From Trueperaceae bacterium (lineage in GTDB: Bacteria; Deinococcota; Deinococci; Deinococcales; Trueperaceae), in contig DASVCK010000079.1 of assembly GCA_036381675.1 (NCBI GenBank), positions 1 through 60,667 on the forward strand: DNA of 60,667 nucleotides, in the 5' to 3' direction. A program made the translations under genes and the position numbers. The notes under the pieces are model-generated. The model worked only from the letters and a program-made list of their open reading frames with translations, did no database searches and was not told where the DNA came from. This document shows, piece by piece, positions 55,964 to 60,667 of this stretch; the first letter of the stretch is position 1; each line of letters begins with the position of its first letter.

Positions 55964-57733
55964 GTGGAGCAGCCCGTCCAGACCCCCGAGACGACCTCGT
56001 ACTACGACCTGGGCGCTTACAGCAGGCCGGTGCACACGTCCTCGGCGGAGGCGCAGGTCTGGTTCGACCGGGGCCTCAACTGGTGCTACGGCTACAACCA
56101 CGACGAGGCGATCCGCTGCTTCCAGCGCGCGGCGGGGCTCGACCCGGACTGCGCGATGGCCTACTGGGGCGTCGCCTACGCGGCCGGTTGCAACTACAAC
56201 AAGCCATGGGAGGCGTTCCTCGAGGAGGAGCGCAGTGAAGCGCTCGCGCAGGCGCATGACGCAGCCCTGAGCGCGAGCGACGCCATAGCACGTGCGAAAG
56301 CGGACGCCTGGCCCGCTGAGGCAGCTCTGATCGCTGCGGTCGCGCGCCGCTATCCCGCTCCGGCTGCCGGCGCAGGCGCCCCGTTCCAAGCCTGGAACGA
56401 CGACTATGCGGCTGCCATGCGCGCCGTGTACGCGTCGTATCCCGCGGACCACGACATCGCGGCTCTGTTCGCAGAGGCGCTCATCAACCGCACGCCGTGG
56501 CAGCTGTGGGATCTGGCTACGGGCGAGCCGAAGGACGGCGCGGACACGCCGGAGGCTCAGGGCGTCCTGGAAAGGGCGATCGCTGAGCGAGAGGCGAGCG
56601 GCATGGCGCCGCACCCTGGCCTGCTTCACGTCCACATCCACACCATGGAGATGTCGCCTCGGCCGGAGGTCGCCCTGCGCGCCGCCGACGCACTGCGCGA
56701 CCTCGTGCCCGACTCCGGCCACCTGCGGCACATGGCCTCCCACATCGACGTCCTGAACGGGCTGTACCACGACTCGCTCATAGCGAACGAGCGCGCCATC
56801 CGCGCCGACGACGAGTACTTCGCGCGCAACGGCGACGGCTTCTATACGCTCTACCGCTGCCACAACATCCACTTCAAGATCTACTCGGCGATGTTCCTCG
56901 GCCAGCTCGGCCCCGCGCTCGCAGGCGCCAGGCAGCTCGAGGCGGCCGTGCCCGAGTCCCTCCTGAGGGTCGAGGTGCCGCCCATGGCCGACTGGCTGGA
57001 AGGCTTCCTCAGCATGGGCGTCCACGCGCTGATCCGCTTCGGGCGCTGGGACGACGTGCTCGCACTGCCGCTGCCGGGAGACGCGGACCTGTACTGCGTC
57101 ACCACCGCCATGACCCGCTACGCGCGTGGCGTCGCGCTGGCGGCGCTGGGCGACGTCAAGGGCGCCGAGCAGGAGAGGGTGGCCTTTCGGGCAGCCACGG
57201 ACCGGGTACCCGAGAGCCGCACGGTGTTCAACAACACCTGCCGCGACATCCTGACGGTGGCGGCGGCGATGCTCGACGGTGAGCTCGAGTACCGCAAGGG
57301 CGACCACGAGACTGCGTTCGCCAGGCTCCGCGAGGCCGTGCGCCTGTCGGACAGCCTGCCTTACGACGAGCCCTGGGCCTGGATGCAACCGGTAAGGCAC
57401 GCGCTGGGTGCGCTCCTCCTGGAGCAGGGACGAGTGGAGGAGGCTCTGGTGGAGTACCGCGACGACCTCGGCCTCTCCGGGCGGGTGCCTCGCGCCCTGC
57501 AGCACCCGGACAACGTCTGGGCCCTGCACGGCCTGGTGGAGTGCCTCGAGCGGCTGGGGCGCCGGGACGAGGCCGCGATACACAGGCAGCGGCTGCGCCT
57601 CGCCGAGGCGCGGGCGGACGTCGTCATCGACTCTTCCTGCTACTGCCGGCTGGAGCCGCCTCCGCACGTCGGGCTCGGGCACGGGCCTGGGCAGTCCGAG
57701 CACGCGGGACCGGGGCACGAGCGTTGCCACTGA
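55964..57733 (+). CDS. TPR-like helical repeat protein of unknown function
   Basis: 589-aa ORF (GTG start): FDRGLNWCYGYNHDEAIRCFQRAAGLDPDCAMAYWGVAYAAGCNYNKPW..., with TPR-like repeats throughout. I cannot assign a function. Confidence 0.7.
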   Translation: MEQPVQTPETTSYYDLGAYSRPVHTSSAEAQVWFDRGLNWCYGYNHDEAIRCFQRAAGLDPDCAMAYWGVAYAAGCNYNKPWEAFLEEERSEALAQAHDAALSASDAIARAKADAWPAEAALIAAVARRYPAPAAGAGAPFQAWNDDYAAAMRAVYASYPADHDIAALFAEALINRTPWQLWDLATGEPKDGADTPEAQGVLERAIAEREASGMAPHPGLLHVHIHTMEMSPRPEVALRAADALRDLVPDSGHLRHMASHIDVLNGLYHDSLIANERAIRADDEYFARNGDGFYTLYRCHNIHFKIYSAMFLGQLGPALAGARQLEAAVPESLLRVEVPPMADWLEGFLSMGVHALIRFGRWDDVLALPLPGDADLYCVTTAMTRYARGVALAALGDVKGAEQERVAFRAATDRVPESRTVFNNTCRDILTVAAAMLDGELEYRKGDHETAFARLREAVRLSDSLPYDEPWAWMQPVRHALGALLLEQGRVEEALVEYRDDLGLSGRVPRALQHPDNVWALHGLVECLERLGRRDEAAIHRQRLRLAEARADVVIDSSCYCRLEPPPHVGLGHGPGQSEHAGPGHERCH

Positions 57734-57805
57734 TCCGGCACGGCCGTTGTCTGGCCCGGCGGCCCCGCCTCACCGACGCTGGCCCGGCCGATGTCATGGT
57801 GTCTT

Positions 57806-59047
57806 ATGCCGGATAGCTCAGAGCCAGTAGGCACCGACGACGACGTGGAGATGCCTCGGGGCGCCAGGGGGTTCGCGACGCTGGCGGTGCGCGCCGGCAA
57901 CGCCCCGGACCCAGCGAGCGGCGCCCACGCCACCCCCATCTACCAGACGAGCACGTTCCTGCTGGGCAGCGTCGAGCGCGGCGCCCGGCTGTTCAGCGGC
58001 GAGGAGCAGGGCGGCATCTACTCGCGCATCGGCAACCCGACGGTGGCGGCTGCCGAGGCGAAGCTAGCCGCGCTGGAGGGCGCCGAGACCGCCGTCGCCT
58101 TCGCGACCGGCATGGGGGCTATCGCAGCTGCCTTCCTGTCGCACCTGAGGCAGGGAGACGAGGTCGTCACCTTGGGTCCCGTCTACGGCGGTACGGCTGC
58201 GCTTCTGAGAGACCTCTTGGCGCGGTTCGGCGTGAGCACCCGCGAAGCCTCCGTCGCCACGCTGCCGGAGGCCATCACCGCGCGGACCAAGCTGATCTAC
58301 GCCGAAACACCGACCAACCCGACCCTCCGGATACATGACCTGCGCGCGATGGTGGGCATCGCCAGGAGCCGCAGCGTGCTCACCATCGTCGACAACACCT
58401 TCGCGACGCCCTACCTGACGCGTCCGATCGAGCTGGGCGTGGACCTGGTGGTGCACTCGGCCACCAAGTACTTGGCGGGCCACGGGGACGTGCTCGCCGG
58501 CTTCGTCGCCGGGAGCGCCGAACTGCTCGAGCCGGTGAGGCTGGAGGGCCTGAGGCACGTCGGCGCCATGCTCGACCCTCACGCCGCCTTCCTCGTCCTG
58601 CGCGGCATGCGAACGCTTCACCTTCGCATGGAGGCCCATTGCCGCAACGCCAGGGCGGTCGCCGAGACCCTCGTCGGCCTGCCTGCCGTCGAGCACGTTC
58701 ACTACCCGGGCCTGGCGGGGCATCCCGGCCACGAGGTCGCAGCGGCGCAGATGCGCGACTTCGGTGGCATGGTCTCCGTTGAGCTGCGCGGCGGCCCGGA
58801 GGCGGCCGAGGCGTTCCTGGGCGCGCTCGAGGTCATAGATCATGCCGTCTCGCTGGGCGACGTCTCGTCGCTCGCCTGCGTGCCGGCCGCCAGCACGCAC
58901 ATGTTGCTCGGTGAGGAACTGGACGCCGCGTCGATCTCGCGGAGCCTGGTGCGCATAAGCGTCGGCGTGGAGGACGAGCGCGATCTGATCGAGGACGTGA
59001 GAAGGGCGGCCGCGGCGGCCGCCCGTGTGGCAGAACCTGTGCTCTAA
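57806..59047 (+). CDS. PLP-dependent trans-sulfuration family enzyme (methionine gamma-lyase / cystathionine gamma-synthase-like)
   Basis: [39 protein letters not shown] (PLP-Lys). The start is either ATG 57791 or ATG 57806. Confidence 0.88.
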   Translation: MPDSSEPVGTDDDVEMPRGARGFATLAVRAGNAPDPASGAHATPIYQTSTFLLGSVERGARLFSGEEQGGIYSRIGNPTVAAAEAKLAALEGAETAVAFATGMGAIAAAFLSHLRQGDEVVTLGPVYGGTAALLRDLLARFGVSTREASVATLPEAITARTKLIYAETPTNPTLRIHDLRAMVGIARSRSVLTIVDNTFATPYLTRPIELGVDLVVHSATKYLAGHGDVLAGFVAGSAELLEPVRLEGLRHVGAMLDPHAAFLVLRGMRTLHLRMEAHCRNARAVAETLVGLPAVEHVHYPGLAGHPGHEVAAAQMRDFGGMVSVELRGGPEAAEAFLGALEVIDHAVSLGDVSSLACVPAASTHMLLGEELDAASISRSLVRISVGVEDERDLIEDVRRAAAAAARVAEPVL

Positions 59048-59051
59048 GCGT

Positions 59052-59444
59052 CTAGATCTCGTCGTTGCCGGCGGTGGTGCCGGTTGGTGGCAAGCCGGAG
59101 GTGGCCTGCTGACCTGCAGCCATGGCCTCGGAGGTGCCCGGCTCGGCAGCGGCCCTCTCGGTGCCCTCCACGCGGTCGACGGCGATGGTCAGGTTCGCGG
59201 CGAGCGCGGCGATCGCGCCGATCGCTGCCCACACCGGCAGCAGTACCGTGCCGATGACGCCTAGGGTGAGAGGTATCTCGATCAGGACCTTGCCGTCGTC
59301 GTTCTTTATCGTGATGCGGCGCACGTTGCCCTCGTGCACCAGCTCCTTGACCTTGGCGAGCACCCGCTCGCCGGAGACCCGGAACTCCTCGGTGTAGTGC
59401 CTGCGCGGGCCTTCGCCCTGCGGGTTCTGTGGCTGGTCGGTCAT
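59052..59444 (-). CDS. DUF4342 domain protein
   Basis: EEFRVSGERVLAKVKELVHEGNVRRITIKNDDGKVLIEIPLTLGVIGTVLLPVWAAIGAIAALA is the typical DUF4342 core. GGGAGGAG RBS before ATG 59444. Confidence 0.8.
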   Translation of the reverse strand: MTDQPQNPQGEGPRRHYTEEFRVSGERVLAKVKELVHEGNVRRITIKNDDGKVLIEIPLTLGVIGTVLLPVWAAIGAIAALAANLTIAVDRVEGTERAAAEPGTSEAMAAGQQATSGLPPTGTTAGNDEI

Positions 59445-59545
59445 GTGACTCTCCTCCCTGGCGGGCCCGCGTTCGCCGCCCGCACCGTGACCACAGGCTA
59501 GGCCCGCATCCTGAGGCCACGCATCAGCCGTAAGGAGGATGCGAC

Positions 59546-60223
59546 TCACCTACCAGAGGACCAGAGCCCCGACCTACCGTCGGGAAGCGCCACACCCTCC
59601 ACGATCGCGGCGAGCTGGGAGCCCTCCGCAGCGGCCACCTCCCGGCTCCCGGCGACCACGTGCGTGACGAACTCGAAGCATGCACCGCCGAAGTACAGGC
59701 GCCTCAGCTCCGTCGCCGAGCTGCCTTGGGCCACGTCCCCTTCCATCCAACCGAAGGTAGCGATCGCGTGGTCTCCGCCGCCGGCCACCTGCGGCAGGTT
59801 GCCTGTGAACTCCGCGGTCGGTTCGAGGACGCAGTCGGCCTCGCTGGTCAGGTCCGTCCGGCGGGAGACGCCGAGGCCGGCCGAGACCACGCCGGCAGCG
59901 CGGCTCGCAGGGTAGATGCAGTACTCGAAGCCGTCACCGCAGGCGCCGCCGGCCTGCGCCTGAGCCAGCTGAGCGCCGTCGACGGCCAGCTCGAAACCTT
60001 CCGGGTAACGCAGCAGCACGTCGGTGCCGCCCAACGTCACGGTCCTACCCTCGCTCATGGGTGCCGGCTCCACGCTGCGGGTCGGCATGAACGTCAGCTC
60101 GCTGCGTGCCTCGGGCCCTAGAGCGGTACGCGCCTCCGCCGGCTCGTCTTCCCATGGCCGCGTGACGATCACAGCGGCCAGGAGCACGGCACACACGATG
60201 AGCAGAACGACTCCCCGACCCAT
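59546..60223 (-). CDS. Secreted or membrane-anchored hypothetical protein
   Basis: N-terminal signal/anchor MGRGVVLLIVCAVLLAAVIV. 225 aa, no recognisable domain. Confidence 0.6.
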   Translation of the reverse strand: MGRGVVLLIVCAVLLAAVIVTRPWEDEPAEARTALGPEARSELTFMPTRSVEPAPMSEGRTVTLGGTDVLLRYPEGFELAVDGAQLAQAQAGGACGDGFEYCIYPASRAAGVVSAGLGVSRRTDLTSEADCVLEPTAEFTGNLPQVAGGGDHAIATFGWMEGDVAQGSSATELRRLYFGGACFEFVTHVVAGSREVAAAEGSQLAAIVEGVALPDGRSGLWSSGR

Positions 60224-60297
60224 ACCGTGAGTATCGCGCCCGAAGATGCGACCAGGTTGACCGGATGGTTAAGGCCCTGACAGGGGGCGAGGCTCGG

Positions 60298-60657
60298 TCA
60301 GTTGAGGGGACGCATGTAGCGGCGCAGCCTCTGCGCCATCACGGACATCACGTGCAAGCCGAAGGTGGGGGAACGCCTGATCAGGTGCTTGAACCAGTCC
60401 TGGTCTATGGGCTCGACCTTGACCTCGGTGCGGGCCACGGCGTCGGCGCTCCGTGGCGCCTCGTCGACTATGGCCATCTCCCCGAACACGTTGCCGGGCC
60501 TCAGCTCCTCGATGCTCTTGCCGTCCAGAACGATGTCGACGGTCCCCTCGATGAGCACGTACATCTCGTGCGCCGCGTCGCCGGCACTGAAGATGACCTC
60601 ACCCGCCGAGTAGTTGCGGGCGTTCGGCGAGTCCTTGAAGATCTCGAGCACGTCCAT
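60298..60657 (-). CDS. Stand-alone cyclic-nucleotide-binding (cNMP) domain protein
   Basis: GEVIFSAGDAAHEMYVLIEGTVDI...GNVFGEMAIVDEAPRSADAVA is the canonical cNMP-binding cassette (FGE...RSA). The start (ATG 60657 or GTG 60666) is at the window edge, so a longer N-terminus cannot be excluded. Confidence 0.75.
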   Translation of the reverse strand: MDVLEIFKDSPNARNYSAGEVIFSAGDAAHEMYVLIEGTVDIVLDGKSIEELRPGNVFGEMAIVDEAPRSADAVARTEVKVEPIDQDWFKHLIRRSPTFGLHVMSVMAQRLRRYMRPLN

Positions 60658-60667
60658 GCTCACCACC

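Noticed and set aside
1-60667. A search by eye for transposases, integrases, phage genes, toxin-antitoxin pairs, restriction-modification systems, Cas genes, rRNA and tRNA
   Set aside because: None of the well-formed ORFs shows the corresponding signatures (DDE, Tyr-recombinase RHRY context, MTase motifs, and so on). The only compositionally foreign segment is the single-gene island at 28.6-30.6 kb.

Overview
A high-GC (roughly 65-70% by hand counts on sample lines), gene-dense chromosomal window of about 55 genes. Most of it is transport and catabolism. Many genes are translationally coupled through ATGA, GTGA or TGATG stop/start overlaps, and most have strong GGAGG-type ribosome-binding sites. 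Four of the five ABC substrate-binding proteins (SBPs) end their signal peptides in AxAQ motifs with no lipobox Cys, and the PhnD-like one in GLAQ. This suggests a diderm host such as Deinococcota (Truepera-like), but that is a weak inference.

Content from left to right:
- A GH31 glycosidase running off the left edge, carrying the sulfoquinovosidase signature residues.
- An MFS transporter and a DUF1761 protein.
- Liv-type ABC operon 1.
- A lipoprotein of unknown function.
- A peptide-type ABC half-operon with no ATPases, divergent from Lrp-GGT.
- An NmrA-like protein.
- A copZ-csoR-copA copper operon with a CsoR-type palindrome upstream.
- An FPASD-repeat protein, a double GNAT and a Na/Pi-PhoU transporter.
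- Liv-type ABC operon 2.
- A ~1.9 kb low-GC single-gene island encoding an AlbA_2/HATPase-type protein.
- A class-III aminotransferase.
- A guanidine-III (ykkC-III) riboswitch in front of an SMR/Gdx exporter.
- A 1030-aa membrane-anchored DUF4062-STAND(NB-ARC-like)-TPR ATPase.
- A Zn-peptidase and a phnDCEE transporter.
- A HAD-SorC-GlpD operon.
- A 440-bp lower-GC intergenic region with nested helices and tandem 19-nt repeats.
- An ~11 kb minus-strand operon (mmsA-preT-preA-dihydropyrimidinase plus a NitT/TauT-type ABC transporter) for reductive pyrimidine catabolism.
- A TPR protein, a trans-sulfuration PLP enzyme, DUF4342, and a stand-alone cNMP-binding domain at the right edge.

No CRISPR arrays, rRNA or tRNA genes, transposases or integrases were recognised.

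The best candidates for something new are:
- the DUF4062-STAND-TPR protein;
- the low-GC AlbA_2 island;
- the ABC permease with an internally duplicated ~400-aa extracytoplasmic domain;
- the structured, repeat-rich intergenic region at 43.9-44.35 kb.

Many long Arg/Pro/Gly-rich ORFs in the six-frame track are high-GC antisense or off-frame artefacts and are not called.
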